This document shows, one piece after another, positions 30,070-40,142 of a stretch of 64,000 bases of DNA. Numbering within the stretch: position 1 is the first letter of the stretch; each line of letters starts with the position of its first letter. Made by a program: the position numbers and the translations under genes. The notes beneath the pieces were generated by a model that made no database searches, was not told where the DNA came from, and saw only the letters and a program-made list of their open reading frames with translations. This DNA is from a bacterium (lineage in GTDB: Bacteria > Acidobacteriota > HRBIN11 > JAKEFK01): the NCBI GenBank assembly GCA_022616075.1, contig JAKEFK010000024.1:572-64571 (forward strand), in the 5' to 3' direction.

Positions 30070-31351
30070 TTAGAATGATGACAAATCGTAAAGCGAAGGA
30101 CTCCAAACGGCGGAAATAAACCCTTGATACGGCCGGCGCTCGTCGTAGGGATCCGCAAACATTCCGGCTTCGACAACCTTCCGATTGGTCACTGCAAACA
30201 TGTAGTGCCAGAGCTGATTAAAGACTTGCTCGTACGGGACTCCATACTTAAGCGGTGTAATTCCCCGCAATTCTTTCCGGATGTCCTGATAGTTATCCAT
30301 CAAGAATTCCTGAATAATTTCGCGTCCTGTTATCAGCATTGAGGAAACGAGAGCCTTGTCGGAAACAGAAAGTACCGGTACTACTGGAGCAAAAAGACCA
30401 TCCGTTGACTCAATCCAGTGAATCGCTATGAGAAAATCCACAGCGTCCTGGACTTGTTCGGGGGGGTAGATGCAGCGAGGAAGCCAAGTTGAGCGAGGTC
30501 GCGCGATTCTTTTCAAGACCAAACATTATTCTTCCCAACAGGCTCCACATTTGATGATCCACGGCTCTGCGGAGAGTATGAAGGGACGGTTTTAAAGAAT
30601 CAGGCAAATTGCCAGGTGTATAATCCCAACTGATTGCCCATAGCAAATCCGGAAGCGTATAACGTGGCAGGGAATGGTGATCTCCGAAAGATGTGATAAC
30701 GACATCCTGTGACTCTTCGTTGTGGCTTCCCCAATATAATCCTTTCAATATTGACGGGTCTTTTTCCTGAGCCCAGGGAACATAACCATTTCCCATCGCA
30801 TCTTTCGGAGGTTTATAGCGATACCCTTTATCTGCTGTAATTCTTAAACCGTCCCAGTCCAGTGAGAAACAGCCTAGAAGAATAAACGCGAGTTCCTTCT
30901 TGCGATCGGTGGAAAGAGATGGATCGGTCGAAAGGATCGATTCGATCTCATTTTTTCTTCCCAAAAACCCCTTTGTCATTTTCTCCGCTTTTGCTTCGGA
31001 AACGCGAAGAATCGTCTTCAGATCTTCTCGGGTAAATAAAGTGAAGTTGATTGTGTACCGATTCTCAGAAAAACGGATCAACCCGAGGGCTTTCAGATCT
31101 TTTCGTCCGACAGTTGATCCTTGGAGTGCTTGATCCAAATATTCTTTGTCACGGGGCTCACGTGCTATGTCCAGAAGAATCTGCTGCACTTGCGGGTGTC
31201 CCATTGCGCTCGAATATTCACCGGTTTCTGAACCGACGATTCCATAACTCAACACACCGCGGCCGGGATTCTCTCCAAGTAATCCCGTTTGGAATAGTAA
31301 GAAAGAAGAGAGCAATAGAATCACGCATCGATTCGATGATTTTTCGGCCAT
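30070..31351 (-). CDS. Secreted hypothetical protein (about 430 aa), frameshifted near 30440-30520
   Basis: Signal peptide MAEKSSNRCVILLLSSFLLFQTG. Two overlapping ORFs (30410..31468 and 30070..30522) in different frames. Confidence 0.45.
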
Positions 31352-31617
31352 TTCCTCTGGACCCGTAGATTTAGACCAGGACCTTGAACTTTTGGTTGGG
31401 CAATTAATGGCTTGTTTGTGTGGCCTGCAAAGAAGCTGATCATTGTACGGCATGGTGAGCGCTATCACCTTGATCCACCCAGCCGGTGGATTGTGTTATT
31501 CATCCGTGCAGCAGAGCGCATGGCCATTCCACGGATGATAAATAAATGAGTTGTTTTCATTGATATTATCTAAATAATTAATTTGAATCACATAATCGAG
31601 GCGATTATGCTTCGGGG

Positions 31618-33903
31618 ATGATCTCAATCATCAGTCGTGTGCTGCTTGCATTGTTGATATTTCACGCAATCGAATCGGAAGCACAAATCCATTCGAATCT
31701 GACGCCTAAGATATTGCAGATCCGGCGTATAGACGACGCGCCAGTTTTGGAAGATTTTCTGGACATGGAACCTGACTCACAGATTGAAAAGTCTCTCACG
31801 AAAGTAGAAGGTTTCATTCAGCGGGTTCCGTCTGATGGATCTCCATCGAGCCGCCGGACTGTCGTTTATCTCGGCTATGATTCATCGCATTTTTACGCAG
31901 TCTTTCTATGTTTTGATCCGGAGCCGGAAAAGATTCGGGCAAGAATGTTCAACCGCGGCAGTGAAATCATACTCTCCGACGATGTAGTGACGCTTCAACT
32001 GGACACGTTTCACGACAAGCGGCAGGCTTATGTTTTCGGATCGAATCCTCTTGGAGTGCAATCCGATTGGGTCTGGGTGGAGGGACGGGGCTTCGATCAA
32101 TCTTACGATGCCGTATTCCAAACTAAGGGCCAATTGACGGACCGGGGCTACGTAGTGTGGATGGCGATTCCATTTACAACTTTGCGTTTTCCATCAAAAC
32201 CGAACCAGGAATGGGGAGTTCTTCTCACTCGCGACATCCCTCGATTGAATGAAGAAACATTCTGGCCTCACTACTGCAGCCATATTGAAGGTCGCTTGAA
32301 TCAAATTGCAGACCTTACAGGTCTGGAGCAAATTACTTCCGGGAAAAATACTCAGTTGATCCCATATGCCTCCGCACGATCTTTTCGAGCACTGGATCAG
32401 AGACCAGATGTGACGCCTCATTTCATTGACAGCCGCTTGGATCCGGAGCTGGGCTTAGATACGAAACTGATTATTAATGACAGCCTGGTTCTCGATCTAA
32501 CCTTGAACCCCGATTTCAGCCAGGTTGAATCGGACGAACCTCAGGTTACAGTGAACGAACGTTTTGAAGTCTTCTTCCCGGAAAAGCGGCAGTTCTTTTT
32601 GGAGAACGCCAGCTCGTTTCAGACTCCGATGAACCTCTTGTTTACGCGAAGAATCGCAGATCCACAGATCGGAGCTCGACTGACGGGCAAGATCGGAAAA
32701 TATGCCATAGGCGCTCTCTCAGTCAACGACGAGTCGCCCGGTAAGAATGTCGCCGAACACCATCCAATATCGGGAGATAAAGCTATATTTTCGGTATTCC
32801 GGATTAGCCGGGACATTCTGGAAGGGTCCAACCTGGGTATCCTGTTTACGGACCGCGAATTCGAAAGCTCATTTAATCGTGTAGCGGGGATTGATGGACG
32901 TTTGAAGCTAAATTCGAATTGGGCGGGATCTTTTCAAGCCGTCACCAGCGTTACGCAGTTATTGGACGGGAGACATCTATCAGGACCTGCTTACCAATTG
33001 GATTTATTGCGAAGCGGGCGAAAGTTGTCCTACGAATTCATTTACGCCGGCATAAGCCCAGACTTTCGAACTCAGTCAGGATTTGTTGAACGAACGGACA
33101 TCCATAGTTTTCATCAGTCCGCAACCTACAGCTTTCGTCCCGAAGGAAAGCATCTTATTAACTGGGGTCCTGCTCTATTCACAGATTACATACTGGACTA
33201 TTCGGGAAAGCGCCTGGACTGGGTATTCAATCCCCATTTCTTAATGGAATTCACAGGGCAAACCTTGATCTCGTTGCGATACGCAGCATTCAGGGAGAAA
33301 TTACGTGCCGTTGATTTTCCTGTTCTTGCCAAAGATCAAGACTTTTCACACCATCAATTCGCAGCCTCTTTTGCAACCCAATTGATTCCCCAGTTCAGTG
33401 TCAATGCTTTCGGGTTTCATGGAAGTAAAGTCAATTTCAATCCAGCCGAAGGAACGATCCCCTTCTTGGGTCAAACAACACACCTGGAATTGACGTTGAC
33501 TCTCAGACCAGGCAGATCTTTGACTGTCGATCACACTTATCTTCTTACTGACATGAATCAACGAAAGACGGGCGTTCCTATTTTCACAGACCACATTCTT
33601 CGTTCCCGTTGGAGCTATCAATTCAGCCGTGAACTCTCCATGCGGGTCATCCTACAGTACAATGCGTTGCTGACCAATCCTGAGCTTACCGATCTCCCTA
33701 CGATCAAATCCCTGAATGCCGACTTTCTGCTGACCTATCTAATTCATCCCGGAACAGCTCTGTACATTGGTTACAACAGCAATCTGGAGAACCTGCATCC
33801 TGATTTGATCCGGAGTTCCACAGGTCTGGTTCGAACCAGGAACAGCTTCATTAATAATGGAAGGCAATTCTTTGTAAAGTATTCCTATCTGCTTCGCTTG
33901 TGA
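31618..33903 (+). CDS. DUF5916-type CBM9-like/outer-membrane beta-barrel protein, paralog 2
   Basis: 761 aa, collinear with 14480..16726 (LEDFLDME..., VYLGYDSSHFYAVF, ...FFVKYSYLLRL). Confidence 0.5.
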   Translation: MISIISRVLLALLIFHAIESEAQIHSNLTPKILQIRRIDDAPVLEDFLDMEPDSQIEKSLTKVEGFIQRVPSDGSPSSRRTVVYLGYDSSHFYAVFLCFDPEPEKIRARMFNRGSEIILSDDVVTLQLDTFHDKRQAYVFGSNPLGVQSDWVWVEGRGFDQSYDAVFQTKGQLTDRGYVVWMAIPFTTLRFPSKPNQEWGVLLTRDIPRLNEETFWPHYCSHIEGRLNQIADLTGLEQITSGKNTQLIPYASARSFRALDQRPDVTPHFIDSRLDPELGLDTKLIINDSLVLDLTLNPDFSQVESDEPQVTVNERFEVFFPEKRQFFLENASSFQTPMNLLFTRRIADPQIGARLTGKIGKYAIGALSVNDESPGKNVAEHHPISGDKAIFSVFRISRDILEGSNLGILFTDREFESSFNRVAGIDGRLKLNSNWAGSFQAVTSVTQLLDGRHLSGPAYQLDLLRSGRKLSYEFIYAGISPDFRTQSGFVERTDIHSFHQSATYSFRPEGKHLINWGPALFTDYILDYSGKRLDWVFNPHFLMEFTGQTLISLRYAAFREKLRAVDFPVLAKDQDFSHHQFAASFATQLIPQFSVNAFGFHGSKVNFNPAEGTIPFLGQTTHLELTLTLRPGRSLTVDHTYLLTDMNQRKTGVPIFTDHILRSRWSYQFSRELSMRVILQYNALLTNPELTDLPTIKSLNADFLLTYLIHPGTALYIGYNSNLENLHPDLIRSSTGLVRTRNSFINNGRQFFVKYSYLLRL

Positions 33904-33925
33904 CGTGGGGAAATTGTAACGTTCA

Positions 33926-34891
33926 TCAAGGGATCATCAGCACGATCTTGCCGTAGTGTCCCGGCTCCAGGATAGCTTCATGAGCGAACGCGGCTTCGTG
34001 GAGCGGGTATCGGCGCCCGATTACAGGCCGGACAACCCCGCTTTGCAGCCCAGCGCCCAGCGCTGCGTGGATCACAGAGACGTCTTCATCAGAGGCGTTA
34101 GACAGAAGCATGCCTAGAATCGATGCATCACGCGACATTGTATCGCGTGGATTGATTTCGATCGTTCCACGATTGCCGATCACAACGACGCGTCCATTTC
34201 TAGACAACATCGCCAGGTCCCGATTGAGATTTTGGTTCGCCAACATTTCCAGAACAATTGACACGCCGGCGCCACCTGTGGATTGCAATACTTCTTCCAC
34301 AAGGTTGGCGGAATTGTGATCGAACACCTGATGCGCTCCATTTTCACTGACGATCACACGTCCCTCATGGGTCCCGGCTGTCCCTATCACACGCATGCCC
34401 CAGGCATGAGCTAACTGAACCGCGGCCAGACCAACTCCTCCGCTGGCCCCATGGATCAGAACCGATTCTCCCGGGCGCGCATTTGCCTTCTGAAAAAGCG
34501 CACGAAACGCTGTCGCATACGGGACTCCAAGGGCTGCTCCCTGCTCGAACGTCACGTTGGGAGGAAGCGGATGCGCTTGCGCTTCTGTGCACAGAGCCGT
34601 TTGCGCATACGTCCCTGTGAGACTGCCCGAAAGATAAACACGTTCACCGATCTTAAATCGCGTATTCCCGCCTCCAACAACCGCCACTTTTCCCGCCCCA
34701 TCACGCCCTGGCGTGTATGGAAGCTGAGGAGATTTGGCATAAGTGCCCGCGCGAATGTATGTATCCACCGGATTCACACCTGCAGCATGGATCTCAACCA
34801 GCAGCTGGTCTCCCCCGGGTTGAAGATTCGGAACCTCTTCCAGTAGCAGCTTTTCAGGACCGCCAAACTCACGTACAACAATCGCTTTCAT
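33926..34891 (-). CDS. qor: NADPH:quinone oxidoreductase (zeta-crystallin-like MDR)
   Basis: MKAIVVREFGGPEKL...GVNPVDTYIRAG...HGASGGVGLAAVQLA. GC is higher than in the neighbouring genes. Confidence 0.8.
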   Translation of the reverse strand: MKAIVVREFGGPEKLLLEEVPNLQPGGDQLLVEIHAAGVNPVDTYIRAGTYAKSPQLPYTPGRDGAGKVAVVGGGNTRFKIGERVYLSGSLTGTYAQTALCTEAQAHPLPPNVTFEQGAALGVPYATAFRALFQKANARPGESVLIHGASGGVGLAAVQLAHAWGMRVIGTAGTHEGRVIVSENGAHQVFDHNSANLVEEVLQSTGGAGVSIVLEMLANQNLNRDLAMLSRNGRVVVIGNRGTIEINPRDTMSRDASILGMLLSNASDEDVSVIHAALGAGLQSGVVRPVIGRRYPLHEAAFAHEAILEPGHYGKIVLMIP

Positions 34892-35014
34892 TCAACTTCC
34901 CTCAACGCGATTTCCCTAAGAGTCTCTTTGCCACATCCATCAGATCGGCCCGCTAAGTAGTATTGCCCATTTTATGGATGCGAATCGAATTCTTTTTTCG
35001 AATTATCCAAATGA

Positions 35015-35035
35015 AATCCTTTCATCGAAAGGATT
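35015..35035. promoter_or_regulatory. Perfect-arm palindrome AATCCTTT-N5-AAAGGATT about 95 bp upstream of the UxxC thioredoxin-fold gene
   Basis: 8-bp inverted arms. The half-site resembles the AATCTT/AAGATT arms upstream of 35786 and 36828. Confidence 0.35.
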
Positions 35036-35128
35036 CTCATGATAGTCCTTCATCGAAATACTGAAAACAATTAATTTGACAAATGAATGATCCAGCCCGT
35101 ATTCTATTTGCTGAAACGGAGTGCATAT

Positions 35129-35722
35129 ATGCCGGGAATCCTGTGGTCTTCTAACGTTGATGACGCGCTCATGAAAGCCCAAAAAGAAAAAAAAGCGCTT
35201 TTTATCGATTTCTACGTTCCCGGTTGACTGGGTTGCGGGAAAATGGATGCCGTGACGTATCCGAACGAACCGGTGGCGCAACTGCTCAACAAAGAATTTG
35301 CCTGTGTCAAATGCAACGTGCAGGAGAAAGTGCCCGAGCTGCTATTGAATTTCGGAAAAATCCAATGGACTCCCACGTTTGTCATCGCGGATCACGCGAA
35401 AAATCAGATCCGAAGGATTATCGGGTATCGGCCGCCTGTCGAATTCCAGGCCGAACTTCACGTTTCGCTCGGCCTGATTGATTTGCTTCACAATCGTAAC
35501 AGGGAGGCTCTCCTGCAATTTGAGGGCATTGCGAATCGATTCCCGAAGTCATTGGTTGCGGCGGAATCTGTGTTCTGGAAGGGAATAGCTGCATATCGAA
35601 CTGCAGGCAGGAATCGAGAAGTTTTAAAAGAATACTGGAATCAGCTTTTAACCGACTATCCGGAAAGTACGTGGTGGGATCGAGCGGCTGTTTTTCCTGG
35701 CTGGGAACCAAACCGCCCATAA
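35129..35722 (+). CDS. Thioredoxin-fold (Thioredoxin_7/DsbD-gamma-like) protein with in-frame TGA in a UxxC redox motif; putative selenoprotein
   Basis: ATG 35129 ...ALFIDFYVPG-TGA(35225..35227)-LGCGKMDAVTYPNEPV... continues in frame to 35722. The TGA sits exactly where the first Cys of CxxC is expected. A hairpin GGATGC-CGUGAC-GUAUCC lies 20 nt downstream (SECIS candidate). Confidence 0.6.
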
Positions 35723-35756
35723 TCTCAATCAGCAGCAGGAATAGGAAGTTCGTTGC

Positions 35757-35779
35757 AATCTTAGACTTATGAGAAGATT
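35757..35779. promoter_or_regulatory. Palindrome AATCTT-N11-AAGATT abutting the RBS of the arginase-family gene; part of a roughly 50 bp leader shared with 36828
   Basis: 35752..35800 and 36795..36843 are near-identical through the first 5 codons (MAARS versus MTARS). Confidence 0.4.
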
Positions 35780-35785
35780 GGAGAA

Positions 35786-36640
35786 ATGGCGGCAAGATCC
35801 TCTAAAGTGACGATTCTTAATGTTCCTTACGATTCTGGTTACCGTGATACGCGGATGGGGCGTGGTCCCGAGCGCATCTTGAGTGTCGGATTGTTACAAA
35901 AGCTGGCAGATGCCGGAATCGAGGTCGAATCCGAAGTGATTGAAGCGCCCGTCAAATTTCACACTGAAGTGACCACAGCATTTCAGCTTAACAGGATACT
36001 GGCAAAGCGAGTTCACGAAGCGACTCAAAAAGGTCGCTTCCCAATTCTGCTTTCAGGCAATTGTGGTTGTTCGATCGGACTGATGTCAGGCCTGCCACAA
36101 GACTCCGGTGTTATCTGGTTTGATGCTCACGGCGACTTCAACACGCCGGAAACGACTTTAAGCGGCTTTCTGGATGGGATGGCGCTTGCGATTCTCACAG
36201 GAAAATGCTGGACTTCGCTGTCCTCCGCTATCGATGGATTCCGCGCGCTCCCTGAATCAAAGGCATTGCTGGTTGGGGCACGCGATGTGGATGAAGAGGA
36301 AGGGCGTTTGATTCAATCGTCCGGATTAGAATGGATTCGTCCGCAAGAAATGCAACAGCGGTTCATTCCAGCACTGGTATCGCTGAAATCCCGTACTCCC
36401 GCCGTGCATTTGCATTTTGATCTCGATGTTCTGGATCCGGCTTTAGCGCCAGCAAATCAGTATGTCGCGCCAAACGGACTTACGCCCAATCAACTGATCG
36501 ACGCGGCAAAACTGATCACCGATCGATTCGAAATTACTTCCATTTGCATTGCTGCCTACGACCCGGAATTCGATCCGGATGCAAAGGCCGCGCGCGTGGC
36601 ATGCGATTTGATTCTTGGTTTGTTGCTCCACCAACGCTGA
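35786..36640 (+). CDS. Arginase/agmatinase/formiminoglutamase-family ureohydrolase
   Basis: WFDAHGDFNTPE and DLDVLDP metal-binding motifs. Confidence 0.8.
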   Translation: MAARSSKVTILNVPYDSGYRDTRMGRGPERILSVGLLQKLADAGIEVESEVIEAPVKFHTEVTTAFQLNRILAKRVHEATQKGRFPILLSGNCGCSIGLMSGLPQDSGVIWFDAHGDFNTPETTLSGFLDGMALAILTGKCWTSLSSAIDGFRALPESKALLVGARDVDEEEGRLIQSSGLEWIRPQEMQQRFIPALVSLKSRTPAVHLHFDLDVLDPALAPANQYVAPNGLTPNQLIDAAKLITDRFEITSICIAAYDPEFDPDAKAARVACDLILGLLLHQR

Positions 36641-36798
36641 GACGCTTGCGCGGCTAAAGAAAGCTTTGCCGCTGTTCGGATGAACAGTACTCATTATTTT
36701 GATGAGAACAATCAATTTTACTTGAGCCATACTTGCTACTACACTTACCCCTCATGTCAAATAATCTCGAAAGAAACGGATAGTTCCATTCACTGTGC

Positions 36799-36821
36799 AA
36801 TCTTAGAATTATGAGAAGATT
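36799..36821. promoter_or_regulatory. Second copy of the AATCTT-N11-AAGATT leader palindrome upstream of the GGCT-like gene
   Basis: See 35757..35779. Confidence 0.4.
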
Positions 36822-36827
36822 AGAGAA

Positions 36828-37295
36828 ATGACTGCAAGATCGATTGATGTTTTCTTCTACGGCTATTTCATGGACGTTGATCTGTTGCGGAGTCAAGGGG
36901 TGTCGCCAACAAATCCTCGGCGCGCCTTTGTCGACGAATTCGCGCTGCGAATCGGTCGCCGCGCGACGCTTGTTCCAGCCGCAGGCCAACGAGTCTACGG
37001 AATGATCATTTCGCTGACCCACGACGAAATCTTGCGGCTTTATTCGGCGCCCGGACTGGAGCACTATCTTCCCGAAGCGGTAATAGCCCATACATTCGAA
37101 GGCCGTGACATTCCAGCGCTCTGTTACAGCCTTGCACAACCGCCGGCGGCCTCCGAGCAAAATCGAGAGTATTTATCAAAACTACTTTCAGCCCTTCGTA
37201 AGCTTGGTTTTCCTCCGGAGTATATTTCTTCGGTAGAACATGCAACGGACATGCAGAGTCCGGAACCTATCGCCTCACGCTTACGTTTCCAATGA
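36828..37295 (+). CDS. Gamma-glutamylcyclotransferase/AIG2-like protein
   Basis: N-terminal VFFYGYFMD... pattern typical of the GGCT/AIG2 fold. Confidence 0.45.
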   Translation: MTARSIDVFFYGYFMDVDLLRSQGVSPTNPRRAFVDEFALRIGRRATLVPAAGQRVYGMIISLTHDEILRLYSAPGLEHYLPEAVIAHTFEGRDIPALCYSLAQPPAASEQNREYLSKLLSALRKLGFPPEYISSVEHATDMQSPEPIASRLRFQ

Positions 37296-37799
37296 AGTGA
37301 AATCCAAACTTTCGTTAGACAAGTTAGAAGTTGGATTGTTTCTCGGAAAAGCACTAGGGGAACTGCAAAAGCTGTTTGCTTGCTGAGCAAAAGAGGAAGT
37401 GCGATTCGGCCGTCCTGAGAACTTTTTCTTCTTCCGGGTTGATTCTCATCTACTGTTGTCCCGGAATATTGAAGCGCAATTTCCGAATTTCAAGAAATTC
37501 ATTTCACCCCATAATGAAAAACTATCAAACATTTGCGCAACGTCGAGAAAGCGAACTCGTCGGTTTTCCCTACTATTGGGACGCTACTAGTGTCCCCGCA
37601 CCAGAACAACCCGGAGCGTTTCCGGTTCGGCGCGAAGCACTGCAGAACGCACGAGTCAATCCGACGGCATGCAAACAAACTCCAAATTCCATTATGGGAA
37701 TAACCCCTGAACGAAGAGCGTTACGTGAGAATGCGATATATGAGAACCTCCGATGCCAAAGTCGGCCGTAGAAATATGCGCTTTCAATCACCACAAGGA

Positions 37800-38010
37800 T
37801 AGCTGCTTCCTAAATTCCCGTTAGGGTCGCACGGCTCTCCTGCTAGACGTTTTGCACTCCTACCGGCGGGATTTTGGGCACGTGGCGGCCGATCGGGCGC
37901 ACCAGCACCATTTTCCAATTCGCTCACAACATACACAGTTCAAATACCAGAAGAACGATCAGCACGGCCGCTGCGGCGCAGTATGCGATGTATTCCTTCA
38001 TGTCAAATCC
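37800..38010 (-). pseudogene. Remnant of a paralog of the secreted Cys-rich protein at 40354..40857
   Basis: A roughly 45 bp 3' end is near-identical to 40363..40405. A short signal-peptide ORF is followed by HVPKIPPVGVQNV* (compare HIPKIPPAGLQNV in 40354..40857). Confidence 0.4.
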
Positions 38011-38171
38011 TCCGCCGCAGCCTTTATCAACAAACGTGCCAGGAGTCTTATCGACGAGAAGAAGTGCTTCGCGTGTATGTGAGGTCGAAAACTATTGCAT
38101 GTACGGTGAAATCATTTCGACTCGTTACGTTTCTTTTTATGCTTGACGTAACGCATAACGCATGCTTATGA

Positions 38172-38462
38172 TTGGAAATGATCATCAGCTACCGGGACAA
38201 GCGAACCAGAAACTTTGCGGATGGAAAACGAATCAAGTCATTTTCTGGCATTGAGCGTTCGGCGCGTTTGAAGCTTGATCGCCTTGAAGCGGCCATCTCC
38301 TTAAAAGACCTTGCTGCATTGCCCGGTAACTGTTTGGAGGCGCTGTCTGGGGATCGGGAAGGTCAATACAGCATCCGAATTAATGACCGATGGCGGATTT
38401 GCTTTGAATGGCCCGACAAATCTCCCGGCCCTTTAAACGTGGAGATTGTTGATTATCATTAG
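38172..38462 (+). CDS. higB: HigB-like (RelE/ParE superfamily) toxin
   Basis: 96 aa in the plasmid-maintenance killer family, immediately upstream of and overlapping an XRE antitoxin. Confidence 0.75.
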   Translation: MEMIISYRDKRTRNFADGKRIKSFSGIERSARLKLDRLEAAISLKDLAALPGNCLEALSGDREGQYSIRINDRWRICFEWPDKSPGPLNVEIVDYH

Positions 38463-38472
38463 GAGAACCACC

Positions 38473-38775
38473 ATGACAATAACCGCTATTCACCCTGGGG
38501 AACATTTGGCGGAAGAACTCAAAGAGTTAAGGATGAGTGCTGCAGAGTTAGCGCGTCAGCTCGATGTGCCCACGAACAGAATTACCGAAATCCTGAATGG
38601 ACAGCGAGCGATCAGTGCTGATACCGCATTGCGCATGGCACATTTTTTTGGCACGAGCCCCGAGTTTTGGTTGAACCTTCAGAGCATTTATGACCTGCGT
38701 CTGGCGCAAGAGAAAGCCGGCAAAACCATCAAGGAGTTACCGAGACTCAGGCGTCGTGTTACTGCTAAGGTGTGA
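38473..38775 (+). CDS. higA: HigA antitoxin (XRE-family HTH)
   Basis: MTITAIHPGEHLAEELKELRMSAAELARQLDVPTNRITEILNGQRAISADTALRMAHFFGTSPEFWLNLQ. Confidence 0.8.
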   Translation: MTITAIHPGEHLAEELKELRMSAAELARQLDVPTNRITEILNGQRAISADTALRMAHFFGTSPEFWLNLQSIYDLRLAQEKAGKTIKELPRLRRRVTAKV

Positions 38776-38867
38776 CTGAAACGGCCTATTTGCGTGGGCC
38801 TTCATTTAAGCTCGTCGGCTTAATTTCGTAAAACACTGGCATAATACGATAGAGCATAAATGTAAGG

Positions 38868-40142
38868 ATGCATCGCGACTTTCCACTTGATGTGGACATC
38901 CCAATCAAATTCATCGACAGGCGCGTAGAGCGGTTGCGAACGGACCCGAGGTCCGATCTACGGATGGCATTGAACCCAAACATTCATTGCCAGTTTTCAG
39001 TGCCCGATCTCAGTGAAGAGGATGTCTTCCTCGTACGACAATGGTGCACTCAGACGTCGGACCTAGAGCGAAATACTTCCGCCAGAAAGGCGGAAATCAT
39101 CGCGAAGCGTTTTTACGAGAGTTACGGGCTTTCAGTTCGTGATGTTTCAATTACACAGTTACAGACGCAACGTTCTTCCGGAGAGTGGAAGCTTTACGAT
39201 CTGCAGGTGAATGATTCCCCGGTCGACGTGAAAAACTATCGTAGCTTAAGGAGAAGATCATCGCGTTACCGGGAGCATCGAGTGAAGCACTTCAAAAGAA
39301 CCGATCAGGGCTTGGAAATATCAATTGCCGGTGTTGTTTCTCCGTGGACCAATGTGGACGAAATCGTATTCCTGGGCGAGAATACCTTTAGTGAAATAGA
39401 GTCGGTCCGCAAATACTTTCAACAAGGTGATCTACTCACCCTTGATTTTTCTGGAAATGCGATTCACCGCGGAACTCTTTTGCCACCATGGATGTTTGAC
39501 TACCCTTTGCAATGCTACAAGCAACGGATTCAAAGCCTTGAGAGGATGAAGAACAGCAAATTGTTTGATTTTGCTCAGTGGCCAGCATGGGAGTTGAATC
39601 CTTTCGCGATTTCGATTCTCTTACGGCGCGACGTTACAGAAATCCCTGAGATTAGAACCAAGATGGAAGACTGGGAAGTCGAGTATTACAGAGAGCTGTT
39701 CGAAGCATGTAGGCATTGCGGAGTGCTCCTTTCGGTTGTATTTTTCGCCACGCTTCGACATTTTCTAGCAATGTTGCGTTCGTCATATGGCACAAGCGCG
39801 AAATACAGGCCTTCGGACTATCGGAAGTTCCTTTACTTCCATCCGGAATGGGTCCATCCGGTTGGAATCCACGATCCGCTGGGAACAGTATCAGTACTTG
39901 TTTCAACTTTGGATGCCCTTTGGAGAGGTTCTCACTATCTTATAAAAGATTATCGGGATTTTCGTCTCGACGCGATGGGAATTCTAAGAGGCAGGAAGGA
40001 AGCGCAAAAAGATTGGAAGACAATTATTGCTTATTGCGCAAAATGTCCCCGTGACCCACTTCTCCTTTCAGAGGAAACAAGACATTGCAGATATGGAAGA
40101 ATTATTTGCGAGTGTGGGCATTGTTGCTCGGACTGCAAGTAA
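38868..40142 (+). CDS. Hypothetical 424-aa protein with a possible PD-(D/E)xK-like core (YDLQV...VDVK) and a C-terminal Cys-rich zinc-finger-like tail
   Basis: No recognisable family. C-terminal CAKCPRDP...CRYGRIICECGHCCSDCK. Confidence 0.45.
   Translation: MHRDFPLDVDIPIKFIDRRVERLRTDPRSDLRMALNPNIHCQFSVPDLSEEDVFLVRQWCTQTSDLERNTSARKAEIIAKRFYESYGLSVRDVSITQLQTQRSSGEWKLYDLQVNDSPVDVKNYRSLRRRSSRYREHRVKHFKRTDQGLEISIAGVVSPWTNVDEIVFLGENTFSEIESVRKYFQQGDLLTLDFSGNAIHRGTLLPPWMFDYPLQCYKQRIQSLERMKNSKLFDFAQWPAWELNPFAISILLRRDVTEIPEIRTKMEDWEVEYYRELFEACRHCGVLLSVVFFATLRHFLAMLRSSYGTSAKYRPSDYRKFLYFHPEWVHPVGIHDPLGTVSVLVSTLDALWRGSHYLIKDYRDFRLDAMGILRGRKEAQKDWKTIIAYCAKCPRDPLLLSEETRHCRYGRIICECGHCCSDCK

Noticed and set aside
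37376-37771. 131-aa plus-strand ORF between the GGCT-like gene and the degraded paralog remnant
   Set aside because: No RBS, no domain similarity, and an odd composition. The region looks like decaying intergenic or pseudogene DNA.
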